Shown here piece after piece: positions 1-12,000 of a stretch of 64,000 bases of DNA. Numbering within the stretch: the stretch's first letter is position 1; each line of letters opens with the position of its first letter. The stretch is from NCBI GenBank assembly GCA_004764695.1, contig SMSO01000006.1, forward strand, positions 1,379,859-1,443,858. Reading direction: 5' to 3'. The notes beneath the pieces are model-generated. The model searched no databases, was not told where the DNA came from, and saw only the letters and a program-made list of their open reading frames with translations. Position numbers and translations under genes: made by a program. The stretch comes from Schizochytrium sp. TIO01 (taxonomy: Eukaryota; Protista; Bigyra: Labyrinthulomycetes).

Positions 1-828
1 GAAATCTATTCGCATTGGTGAATGGGAGTTTTAATTCTATCAAAGCTGTTCTTGGATATAAAACAGTTGTGTATGGTAGGGCTTCTTAAGGAAAGGATGC
101 GTTTTTCTTTTCTTGGGGTATAAACCTGTCGTTCCAAATAAGGTTGAACCGACTAATTATACGGCTGGCTACATTATTGCCTAAAGATCCGAAATTTATA
201 CCAGCTTTTGTCATGTGAGTGGCGTTCAAGTAACCAGAAATGTTTCAAGGAAACTCGACTTTAGTTTCAATCCAAATAAATATTGGATGCGAGTTCATGA
301 AGGCCCTTCTAACATTTATGTGTTATCAAGCAAATGCTATTCCAGTGTAGTTACCAAAGAATAAGCGCGGCAGAGAGTGGCGTCTTAATGTTAAAAACTA
401 AATAAAATATTTGTCTATTCCCAGCTGTTCCGAAATCTTCGGCCCAACTACCAGGCTTGTAATATCGACCCAACTAGCGAGAGGCGCAGTTTTAGTACCT
501 CTCCTCCCCCCCCCAAAAAATTAAAAATAAAATAAATGAGGCATACAAGTCCAAGATAATAATCCTTTCTAATTAAATGCTCAGAACTAGAGAATACAAC
601 AATGACTTTCAAAGAAGATTGGCGTCAAATAAGATCAGAGTTATACTACTGGGCTACTACTCAAACTGGCCAAATCCAGAAAAGGTGATGTTGAAAAAGA
701 CGAGCTCACCCCAAGCTCATCACTATAAATCCTAGCACATATTTCATTTGAAATAAACTAGGTACAGCAATCAAAATTAGCAACGATGCTCCCTAAATGA
801 CACACCGAAGTTCTCGTGTAATCAAAAA

Positions 829-3800
829 TTAAAAGCCAAAGTCTTCAGATGAAGATCCTGTTCCCGCCCCACTTTGACTAGGGACAGAAATTTCATCATC
901 AATATCACTCTCAGAGAGGAGTGAAGAATGTGGTGTTACAGGTGACAGAACTCCTGTTCTTGCTGTCAGCCCTACAGAAGCAGAAGCACCTGTTGTAGAG
1001 TCCATTTTGTCACCGCTACCTTCGCTTCCTTGATCAGACTCCTCGTTTTCAGCAGCCGCCAAAGCGTTTTGTTCTTCTAGCTTGGCCTTTGCCTTCTGAC
1101 GATACTGTTCGATAATAGAATCATTCTCGCGTTGCTTAGCCCGCATTTCAGCTTCCTTTGCTTCTCTTTCTGCATCTTCACGAGCTTTTGCTTCAGCAGC
1201 TGCACGTTCTTTCGCTGCTTCTTTGGAATCTTCGCGGCGCTTTACCTCATCCGCAAGCCGCCGCTGGGTCTCTTCCATACGGCGCACACGTTCACGCTCA
1301 CGCTCTTCCTGTAGTTTACGCTGACGTTCTTGGGTTTCACGAATAGCTCGAATTGCATCTTCTTCACTCAAATCTACGACTTGGGCTTGATCTTCAGAAG
1401 CTTCCGAAGCGAAAGACTTGGCCGGGCTTGGCAGAACTACAAGGGGCGTTCTTGGCTGTTGCTGTGGGGTGTCATTTCGTAAATCAGAGATACGGAGTGG
1501 TGAACCTGGTTGTCGCTGTATTGATCTGGACGAGCGAGAAGAAGGAGGGGACTTCGCAGAATTCGAGTTTAGCGATGCCCTTGGCTGGACAATTTGAGGA
1601 GACGAAGATGCAGAGTTTTTTCTTCCCGTGTTCGACCGGGAGCTCTCCGCCAAAGAGCGGCCGGACACATTTGCAGAGTTACTACGGAAGGCAGTGTCAA
1701 CATGCAGTGGGCTTGAGGAAGACGATGAAGTTGATGAGGATTCTAACCTTGATTCAGTTGTTCCTGGTGAATTTTGTTCCCGCGTGCTCATGTCTCTTGG
1801 CACTCTTGCATTGGAGCTCGCGTGAGACATAGAGTCAGTTTTGGGGGATAAAGACGATGCAGTCAAGGTGGCTTCCCTTCTATTGCTATCGATTTGCAAC
1901 AAAACCAGAGGATCTGAAGCGGACGGCTTCGATGCCGGATCTACAACTGGCATTTTCGATAAAGCTAAATCTGAATTACCCGATGGTGGGGACATGGTTT
2001 CAGCTTCTTTCAGTGAAACAGGTTTCTTATGCACGCCATCTGCATTGACCTTGGCCAAGTCTGAGCGACTCGATCTCTCAACATCCATACTCACTTTCTC
2101 GACAGCTGTAGTGTCTTCCCCCGCAGAGGGTTCCCTAAAACCTGATGCGCCCCCCTTCTGTGGAGTTTGGTTTTTTATCTCAGCTAGATATTCCTGAAGC
2201 TTTGCAAGTTGTAGAGCCACATCAGAGGATGCGGACGAAGCTGCTGTATTGTAAGGTAAGAATGGCATATGAAAGGGGCTATAGGAAGGCATCGCCATAG
2301 GCATTGACATTGTCATTGATGGTGGCGGCACAGAAGAGGGCGGTGCAGGCATGGGTGCTAGCGGGGGGGTTTTGGGTGCTGGCTCGTTGTAAGGTTTAGG
2401 GTTTGCAATTTCCTCATCCAGAGCGTGACGAGCTTGCGACAGAAGACGGCGGAGGTCTGCGTTCTCCGTCTCAAGAGCACGCACACTTGATTGTGCTGTC
2501 TCCGCCCTAGTCCGATATCTCTCCAATTCCTCACGGGCTTCGAGCAACGCATCATTCAGGTCAGCAGTATGTTGAAGATGTCTCCCCTCAACCTGTGCCA
2601 ACGCCTCGTGAAGATTTGCTTCAAGTCGGTCTTTATCACGCACTAGAACGGCGTTTTCGTTTTCAAGTTTACGAATGCGAGCGGCACTTTCCTCCCTGCT
2701 CTCATGAATTTGGCCTCGAAGCTCGTCAATAAGCCTTTGTTTTTCTTTCAAGACATCTGCACCTTCTATCAATTCCATCCGGGAGCGGAGCGCCTCAAAG
2801 TCCCGGGCTTGCTCAATACTTGCTGTGTGAACGCGATCATGTCTTTCCCGCTCAGATTTTGCCGTTTCCTTCATGAATACGAGTTGGTCATCTAATGCAC
2901 GAGCGCGGACAAGAGCATCATCTCGGGCATGCGTCATTTCAAGAAGGTCTTTTTTAGCCTTCTCTAAATCTGCAAATACTGTGGATGCTGCTTGTACCTC
3001 ACTTGCATGCATAGATTTTGCTCGAGAGAGCGCCGCTTGCTCTTCCCGAATAGAGAGTTCTTCGCGTTGAACTCTTTGCTCACGTTCTTGATAATCTGAG
3101 AGTACTGACTGCCTATAGGTACGAATTTCGTCTTCATATTTTCGCTTCAAGTCAAGCTCAAGTGTGCGCAGTTCTAGAAGTCGCTGTTCTAATTCAGCTC
3201 TCATTTTTTCAAGGTTTTTTTCAGATTGTTTGAGTGCTTTCCTCTCAATCTCCAGTTCACGACGTTCCTGAGAGGATTTAGCATCAGATGTTGCGAATCG
3301 TTGCAAGAGCTTCTGTCGCTCCTCAAAAAGCGCAGCCTCCATATCGGCATGCTCACGGCGCATTGCTTCTTCAAGTGCGCGCTCTCGCTCGGAGATTTGT
3401 GCCAGACGTCCCTGAAGTTCTTTGCGCATACTATCACGTTCGCGCCCAATTTCCTTGCGCATCAAGGCCCTCTCCTGCATTCGCATGGCAGCGAGCTCCG
3501 ACTCTTGGAATCGTTTTAACTCGCGACGGATGTGCTCCTCAGCACGTTTATCACAATCTCTCTGGTACCTAATCATGCGTTCTTCTTCTGATCGTCTTGG
3601 AGCTAAGCTTTCGCGCTCTAGCTGCAATGCATAACGTTCGTTGATTCGGTTTAGCTTGCGGTCCAAGACGCTGATGGCAGTATCGCCGTCAAACCGCTCG
3701 CCATCTGCTGTTTGTGTTCCAGAGTCTTTACAACGAGTTGTTTGAGGTGCGGGTCTACGACTCAACATTGGCAAATAAATATCACCTTGACGACCGAGGA

Positions 3801-4467
3801 CTTCTTTAAGAAGTGGTATTCTTTCTACTTGCGTTTTGAGATGCGACTGTGCATTCTGTGATAGATTACCCTCGCCACGACTGTTTTCGTCTTGGCCTTC
3901 ATCGTCGCTGGAGCTACTCCGCCTGGATTCTTCATAGTGAAGAATTCGGCTAAGCTCTGCCCTCGACAACGGAATGCGATCCCCGAGACCATCTTCTGGT
4001 ACGAACACAGAGAGCGTGTACATGCAACCTCGCGATTCCAGGTAATCCGCCACGAGACTCTGCAAGATGTGTTCTTCCAGCTCGTCCTCGGGCCCGCTTC
4101 CATCCTGCAAACGGTTTTGATGCGATTGTCTCTTGAGCAAATCTCCATTTTCGCCTTGCAATTTATCAACGACTTGTGCTCTCAATTGTGCTTTTAGAGA
4201 TTCAACCGTGCCTGATTTCCTCAAGCTCTCAAAAAGGCTGTTCTTCAGCTCCTCAGCGCTCCAGTGTGCTGGTAATGGGTCCGCAGCTTGGCTGCTTCCA
4301 CGCCCTGAGGAGGCATCTCTGCGTGTCGCTGGACGGCCCTCCCACCCAGAGGGTGACTGCCCGAGCGACCCTCGCCCACCAGGCCTCTGTGCGCTCGCAG
4401 AAGGGCGCATGCCACGTTGCGACGGAGATGCGCAAAACCGTTTTGGTGCTCCTGCATTAGTTAGCAT
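829..4467 (-). CDS. OFD1: OFD1-like centriolar/basal-body protein (N-terminal LisH region, long coiled coil, Ser-rich disordered tail)
   Basis: 1212-aa ORF. ELKNSLFESLRKSGTVESLKAQLRAQVVDKL followed by LQSLVADYLESRGCMYTLSVFVPE matches the OFD1/FOP-type LisH N-terminus. The EERMIRYQRDC...RFQESELAAMRMQER coiled coil resembles OFD1. Confidence 0.8.
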   Translation of the reverse strand: MLTNAGAPKRFCASPSQRGMRPSASAQRPGGRGSLGQSPSGWEGRPATRRDASSGRGSSQAADPLPAHWSAEELKNSLFESLRKSGTVESLKAQLRAQVVDKLQGENGDLLKRQSHQNRLQDGSGPEDELEEHILQSLVADYLESRGCMYTLSVFVPEDGLGDRIPLSRAELSRILHYEESRRSSSSDDEGQDENSRGEGNLSQNAQSHLKTQVERIPLLKEVLGRQGDIYLPMLSRRPAPQTTRCKDSGTQTADGERFDGDTAISVLDRKLNRINERYALQLERESLAPRRSEEERMIRYQRDCDKRAEEHIRRELKRFQESELAAMRMQERALMRKEIGRERDSMRKELQGRLAQISERERALEEAMRREHADMEAALFEERQKLLQRFATSDAKSSQERRELEIERKALKQSEKNLEKMRAELEQRLLELRTLELDLKRKYEDEIRTYRQSVLSDYQEREQRVQREELSIREEQAALSRAKSMHASEVQAASTVFADLEKAKKDLLEMTHARDDALVRARALDDQLVFMKETAKSERERHDRVHTASIEQARDFEALRSRMELIEGADVLKEKQRLIDELRGQIHESREESAARIRKLENENAVLVRDKDRLEANLHEALAQVEGRHLQHTADLNDALLEAREELERYRTRAETAQSSVRALETENADLRRLLSQARHALDEEIANPKPYNEPAPKTPPLAPMPAPPSSVPPPSMTMSMPMAMPSYSPFHMPFLPYNTAASSASSDVALQLAKLQEYLAEIKNQTPQKGGASGFREPSAGEDTTAVEKVSMDVERSSRSDLAKVNADGVHKKPVSLKEAETMSPPSGNSDLALSKMPVVDPASKPSASDPLVLLQIDSNRREATLTASSLSPKTDSMSHASSNARVPRDMSTREQNSPGTTESRLESSSTSSSSSSPLHVDTAFRSNSANVSGRSLAESSRSNTGRKNSASSSPQIVQPRASLNSNSAKSPPSSRSSRSIQRQPGSPLRISDLRNDTPQQQPRTPLVVLPSPAKSFASEASEDQAQVVDLSEEDAIRAIRETQERQRKLQEERERERVRRMEETQRRLADEVKRREDSKEAAKERAAAEAKAREDAEREAKEAEMRAKQRENDSIIEQYRQKAKAKLEEQNALAAAENEESDQGSEGSGDKMDSTTGASASVGLTARTGVLSPVTPHSSLLSESDIDDEISVPSQSGAGTGSSSEDFGF

Positions 4468-5371
4468 TTTATTTTAAGGTCACGCAAGAACTGCATAATG
4501 AGGAAACTATTCCCTCTTACAATGAATTATTCTCGAGGTACACTGAGTTATACAGAGCTCCACTATGGGTAAAAAACAGAGACATGAACGAACTACTAAA
4601 GAGGCTGTTATTAGCGGCGGAAAGAATAGTCCTCGCGGTGATTTTGCAGTCGTCGATGGACTTGAAGGTCTTGGCGTTGTGGTTGTATAGAGAAGTGAGT
4701 CGCTAACTTGTGGTGATGGAAAAGGGGCCAATTGTTCAGACGTGAGGAGAACTGCATCCTGGACTTTTTTATTTTTTTTCTTCTGACAGCGCAACGAAAG
4801 CGTTCACTTGGGTCCAGAGCGTACCTTTTTTATTTTTATTTTCTTGGGAAGACATGTGGAGATATTTGATAAAACTGATGCGCTTTGTTTGAAGCTCGCT
4901 GCAGGCCATAACTTTGGAGGATAGTGTCGCGTTTACATATGAACAGGCAGCAGGGATGTCAACCGAACATTAAAATGAAAATCCTGAAAGCCTCTTCAGT
5001 CTGTCCCTTGGTACTTTATCAAGTCAAAAGCTGTGATCAACCTTATTGCTTCTGTGAATAGCTTATATAAGAGCAATCGCAAAGTCACAATTAGAACTGG
5101 ATTACATCAATTACTTTTGAAACATGAATTTCACAACCTATCTGTGCGCTCTCACTCGATCAGCATATATTTATTTGGAACCCTTGAGTATAAGCATCAA
5201 GGAAACTATTGAATCCGATCAAAATGCAGAACATGTGTCAACAGCTCGGGCTTGAACATATCTTTGTCTTGCAATTAATTAATTGATGGCACACACGCCA
5301 TGAATGTTAGCTTTCAAAATCTATTCTTCTGGTTGGGTAAAAGAAGGACCCGATGCCATTCTGAGAACTAG

Positions 5372-5400
5372 AACAAAACAAAACAAAACAAAACAAAACA
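5372..5400. repeat. (AAAAC)n microsatellite
   Basis: Directly visible pentamer run. Confidence 0.95.
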
Positions 5401-5536
5401 CAACAACGCGCAAAAACAGAATCATACTCCTACTACTACTACTAAGAACAATGAACTATGCAAATTGATTTTTTGAGTTTTTAATTAATATATAATAACA
5501 ACTTGAATAGTAATAACAATGAGTAATAGCAGCGAC

Positions 5537-5579
<43 letters not shown>
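5537..5579. repeat. (AAT)n microsatellite in the divergent OFD1/ORC5 intergenic region
   Basis: Directly visible trinucleotide run. Confidence 0.95.
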
Positions 5580-5580
<1 letters not shown>

Positions 5581-6004
5581 GGAATGAAAAGTGGCCCAAC
5601 AAGGGTAGTTGAGGCACTTAACCTAACGACGGCTCATCTCATCTCATCTCGTGTTTGAGATTGAGATAGAGACAACTAGGTAGTTAGAAGTGCCTGTATA
5701 GCGGTATCTCCTAGTAGTCTTTGTCAACAATCCAGATTGAAGAGCGCCCATTGGTAGACGTGCTCGTTGTGAGCGGCGTGTTGCTCCTGAGGAGCCTTCA
5801 CAGCAGCAGGCACGCTTTGAAATCGAGCTAGATTTGTTCGACGCTCCAGATTGATAAATTGCTGGACGTTGCTTTGTTCAAAGCTTGAATTTCAAACTTT
5901 CTGAAACTCACGAACTCAAAAATTCAAATCAGAATCTGAGTTCGTTCAAACCTCAAACCAAACGAGACAGGCTCGGAGGGGAAGGTCTTGCACCTACGCC
6001 TGCA

Positions 6005-9000
6005 ATGTCGCAGACCCCTACGCGCCCAGAGGCCTCACCTCCTTCTGTCCGCTCCGACGCGCCCACAGCCTCCTCTAACCTTGGCAACGCACAAGACAGC
6101 GTCCGTGACCATTCTCAACAGGATGACAAGGCCTCGCCTGCTGGCGCTCAAGCTGGCCAGGAGCCCTCCGAGGAGGGCGTTCACAGCTCCTCGAGGGTTC
6201 TGGAGACCCGCTCTTTACGTATGGAGGACTCCCCTTTCTCTGTGAACCAGGACCTGCGCCGCAAGGAGGTCCGAGCGGCGAATCGGAGCATGCGGCGGCA
6301 AAGTCTGCACTTCGCTCCCACGGTGGTGCCTGCTAAGCTGAGCGTGACCGACTTAAAACCAGCTTTCAACAAGATCTTAAAGATGCTTCGCGACCGAGGC
6401 TGGAAAACTCCACGCACCGCAAACGGCTGGGCATACCTCAAACCGCATGTGAAGAAGCCCACGGTCGGTGCCGAGGGCATCGACATGTGGGATACTGCGG
6501 AAGGTGTGTTGCAGCACCTCATCGAAGAGCGCCACGTCCAATACGACGGTTTCTTTGAAGAATTTTTTCAGCAACACCCTGACCAGCTTGCAATTATGAG
6601 CTCGCCACCAAGGTCTGAGGATGAACACTCTTCTGTTATTCACGAGCTGCTCCAAGATGATGAGGACCAAGAGAATAACAAGGAAGATGAGCCTGCCGAG
6701 AACGCATCAGGAGCGAAGGCAAATACGGATACGAAGAAACCCAACGAAATCGAATCTCATGATGCAGAAAGTATCGGGACTTCATTGAGGGAGAAGACCA
6801 CCAAACGAAGGAGAAGGTCAAGCGGGGGACACTGGGAACCTGGTCGTGATGGAGGCACCGGAAGCGAAGATGAGGGAAGAGCAGAAAGATCGAGGAGGCG
6901 AAGGTCAACGCACGGAATTCCCAGCCCAGGATCTGACGAGCAAGAACTTGGAACATGGGCATGGACGGCACTAATCAGTGAAGGATGGCACCATACAAGA
7001 GGTGACACCCTACACGCGTGGTGCTACCTGAAGCCAGAGGTCCGTCATAAAGGTGATGGTGTCCAGGATGAAAATATGTTTATGGGCGAGCGAATGCTTG
7101 GCCGCTATCTGCTAAACCACCGCCCAGACCTTGTCGACGCATGGCGCCTTGAAAAGGAAGCTGCAGAAGAGGCTCGCCAGGAAGAAAAAGAGATGAATCT
7201 TGCTGGCAAAACCCGTCGCAGACTGAAATCAAAGATGAAAAATTCGAAGGGTAGTATTGTAGGGATCCAGAAGAGCCGGGGAAAAAATAATTCATCATCA
7301 CGTGGTAAAGGCAAGAAAAAAAATATTTCTCGCCGCAAGGCCCAGAAAAGGCGCTCCCAACCTTGGTTTAAGAACTTCAAGTTTAATCGAGATGTCAAAT
7401 TTGGGACTCTATGGCCTCGCATTCTTAGAGATAAATTCAACTGGAAATATTTTCGCTTGCGTGGGGTTCGTGGACTCACGGGTTCGTGGGCATATGCTCT
7501 TCCCGAGGTAGCAAGTGTCACGGAAGGCAAAATCGGGGAGAACATGTGGGTTGTCGAAAGTGAAATTGTTGAATATGTTAAAAATAATCCTGAATTGGCT
7601 GCAAAGGCAGAAGCTATCATCTTGGAGCAGCTTCGTCGAGAGTTTGGAAGTGATGATGATGAGGATGAGGATGAGCACGAGAATGAAGACGAGGATGAAG
7701 ACGAGGATGAAGATGATGATGAAAAGAGTGTCAGTAAAACTTCCAAGCGAGCGGCATCTCAGAATAAAAGTACCACGAAAAAACGCCGACCCTACAACGA
7801 ATTGAACGATGGTGGCTTGGTTGATCAACAAGTAGCAAAAAAGTTCCCTCTTGTATTCGCCGCCACAACGGAGGCCATTTGGGGAGTCTTGCGAACAGAG
7901 CTGTCGTGGCGGCACTTTCCAACGAAAACTCTTCACAGCAGCTGGATGTACTGCCCACCAGATGTCACTCGTGCAACTGCTATCATAGACCAGAATATGT
8001 GGTACCACAGAGATCTTAAAGAGATGGTGTTGAAGAACTCACATCTTGCAAAACAAGTTGAGAGATTTTTCGAAGAGGAAGCTCAAGAGGAAGTCCGCCA
8101 ACGGCAAATGGCGAAAGAGTGGCGAAAGGAAGAAGCTCGAAGACGAGCTGCTATTCAACATGAAGCTAAAAGACGCCAACAGGAACGTGCTAAGGCACAA
8201 ATCCAGGCTGAAAAGGCCGCAAAGGCTTTAGCAGCAAAACGAGAAATAGAGCGCCGGCGTGCTCGAGAACTCCAATCTCAGCTGCTCAAAGAATTAAAGG
8301 ATGAACTCAAGGTTCGTCAGGTTGACACGGCTGGCTTTCAAACTTTGTGGAGCATTCTCCGTTTCGAATACGGTTGGACCCACTTCCCGTATACTGGCCT
8401 CATTAGTAGCTTTGTTTATGCACTACCCGAAGTAACAAAGGCATCTGAGGGTACTATGGACGAAACGATGTGGGCTGACGAAGATAAATTGGTCGCTTAC
8501 GTTCGAGAAAGCCCCATCTGGGCGGAGCGTTGCGAAGCGTCTCTTCGTGAATCTTTACGTGAGGCCTATGCTCAAAAGATGGAAATTACAATGGAAGAAC
8601 TTCTTGAATTGGAGCAAGGAAACACCGCGCCATCGCCAAAACAGAAGGTACAATCTGTGGTGAAGCAAAAACACAACTTGAAACAACAAAGACAAACTCA
8701 GCAACATTCAAAAGATAAAGAGTCAGTTGATCGTGTCTCTGAGACTTTGAAGATTGGTCATATAGACATCACAAATGATCCCAAGATCAGCGCAGGCGCC
8801 TCTGAAGGCAGTGTACAAGCCTTTACCGAGGCAAATGAGCAACACGGTACAGAAGATGAAGACGATCTTCATCCTGTGGAGGAAAGAGAGGTTGAAGAGG
8901 AACACGATATCAAGGACATCGCTGACACGAATATGTGTGATGGTGACCAAAATGATTCCCACATGGAAGACGCCGATGTAGATGATACTAACACCAACCT

Positions 9001-12000
9001 TGATAAATCTTCAAATCACGGTCATTCAATAAATAAAGAAGATGAAATACTGGATGATGCGGAAGTGGATTTTGATGATCAGGAGGACTCTGATGAAGTC
9101 ATGGATCCACGCGAGCGAGCAGATAAAATTATCGACAAAGCAACTAGTTTCAACGAAGTTTTTCCACACCTGCAAAAACTTGGTTGGTCGCAGAAGCCAA
9201 ATTTTGAAGGTGATGGAGGATCGAAACGTTATTTCTTGCCAGGTGCCCTCCCGAAAGAAGCTACACTGGGTAAAGACATGTGGACAGACCCTATGGAAGC
9301 CCTCGATTTCGTTAAGACGGACCCCACTTGGCGAAAGCATCTGCAAGACTTATTCGCAAGCTCCGATTTCCATGACGAAGTTGACTCCTCGTCTGACGAG
9401 ATCGAGCGAGATGACCCAAATCTTCGCATTCGCGCTCGCCGTGTCCTTGACAAGGCAGACTTTAATCAAGTGTGGGACATTCTTAAATCTAGGCATTGGA
9501 AGTGGTTCTACAATACAGGATTAGAGAGCGCCTGGGTATATGCTATGCCTCACGTGAAGACGAAGCGTATTGGAAAGATTGATGTTGATATGTTTGACTC
9601 AGAAGAGAGCCTTGTTAAGTTCGCCAAAAGTGATAGCCATACTCGGCAGCTTTGTGAAGACATGCTGTATGACCTGCTTTATGAAAAGCAACTGCTAGAT
9701 CGTGAGCGCGATGCAATTCATAATGATGATGAAGACCTCATTGATGATGACGAAAATGAAGATGAGGATCAATACAGCGAAGAAGAGGATGAACTATTAG
9801 ATGAAGATGAGGAGCGTGATGCTCATGACTCTGAAGAAGCTGATGATTCCGACGAAGATGATAACAGCCTGCATTCTGCTCTGTATGGCCAAGCAATTGA
9901 ACGAGCACACGACGGAGATCTCCAAAGTATTCTTCTCGATCAATTCAATTGGAAACATGTTAAGAGCACAGACCCGAATTCTGAACTTCAATACTGCTAT
10001 GTCAAACCTGCAGATAAGTATGGAGCACCTGAGACCTTGGACTTTCTAAGTGACATTAAGAACAGGGTCTTAAGCGACGCAAACTTAAGAGAGGACGTCG
10101 CTCGGAAACTCATCGATAAGTGGCGGCGCACACAGGACCCTAATCTTCAAGCTTTGCGGGGCTGGGAGGAGGTTTTTGACCAGTCTAGAAAGCATGCAAG
10201 GAGGAACATTTCCCAAAGCTCTGCTGCGAGATTACGCACGCGTAAGACAATCCAGCACAGCAGCTCAATTGTTTCTTCTTTGAAACGCAGAAGGAGTTAT
10301 TCAAGGAGGCGAAGTACGCAAGGTGCTAATAATTCAAGTCGAGGGCAGGATGACGACGATGATGATCTCGAAGACAACAGCGCAGGAAGCATTGGGGGGG
10401 ACGAGAACGATGTTCTTGGAGGAGCTACATTTAATATGGTATGGCCTATTTTAAAGGAACTTGGCTGGCACTACTATCCTTACAGCGGCCTTGAAGGTTC
10501 CTGGCGTTATGCCCTTCCTGAGGTTGAAAAGGCTAGAGATTGCAAAATCAATGAAAACACTTGGGTAAAAGAAAGTGATGTGGTTGATTACGTTCGGAGC
10601 GACCCTGAATGGGCCGAGAAAGTACGTTCCCATCTCAAAATCGTGGTAGAAAGTAGTGAATCTGGTGATTCGGATTCAGCCAATGAAGCAATCGAGGCTG
10701 GAAGCGATAACTATGTCAGCGATAGCGCCGAGGAAGAAGACCGCGACGATCTCAGCAAAAACAGCCTCGACGAAGATGAAAATAATGAAAGTGCAAATAA
10801 TTCTGAGGATGGCAATGGCGATGAAGGGAGCTCGGATGAAGAAGGCAGTGATGGCGCTTCCTTTCAAGGTGATCTCAGTGACCGCAAAAGCATTATGAGT
10901 TATCTATTGTCTAAGGGTTGGCATCACAAAAAGGGGCGGGGCCTCGTGTCTCATTACTATCTTGCACCGCACGTGAAAAGTAAAACGGATGGTGTTCTTG
11001 GTGAAAGCATATTTGAATCCGAGGAAGCAGTATGCGAGCATTTCATCAAAACCCATCAACCTAAAATCAAGTCCAAAAATCATGGAAAGAAGGCAAGGGG
11101 CACGCGCCAGATGTCAACTGCAAAGCTACCTGCACGATCAGCCAAACGCATCAGGCTTGAATCACCTATTTCTCAAGATACGCAGCGGATTTGGAGCTCA
11201 ATGAAACGAAAGGGTTGGGAGCAAGTGGGTGAATGGTACGTCAGCCCCGATGCTGCCCCAACCAGGAATAGCACAGGGGAGAAGGTTTTCAAAGAGGATC
11301 ACTGCACCGTCTTCCGCTCGCTTAAACGAGCTGCTGCTCACTTTATCATGAAAAACCAGCATACTAGCCCTATTCACGTCAGCCGAGGCATCAAGCGCCG
11401 TCGATCTGAGGTTCAACGTGCCGAAGAAGAGGAAGAAGAGATGTTGAGCGGTGATCATGATGACGAAAATGAAGTAGTCGTAGACTCAGATAACGAGTCC
11501 AACAATATGGACGAGAATGATGAACAAAATGACGACGAGGACGATGAGGATGACGAGGACGAAAATGAAGATGATGAAGACAATTTACCTGATTATATCT
11601 CCGAGGATAACTTTTGGGATGAGGTTTGGCCATACCTTGAAAAGAATGGCTGGAAAAGGATCAAAAACAAAAGGAAAGGGGCCAAACGTGGTTTTTTGGC
11701 TCCTAGCGGTGCTCTCGCAAACGGAGTCAGTATGCGTTTTTCCCGTGTTACGGAGGTTTGTGAGTTTCTTCGTACTCAACAAGAGTTAAGACAACATCAA
11801 AGCTCTCCTTCATCATCTTCTTCGTCAGAGGATGAGGATAGGGTAAGATTTGATGAGTACGTAAAAACACTGCGAACAGTGCAACCAACACAAGATACTT
11901 TTTGGACCACTTTTCACCCAATTATCAAAGCTGCAGGGTGGACGTACAAATACGGAACTGGAATTCACAAAGAGCTATTCTTTGCTCCTGGTGTCACCCG

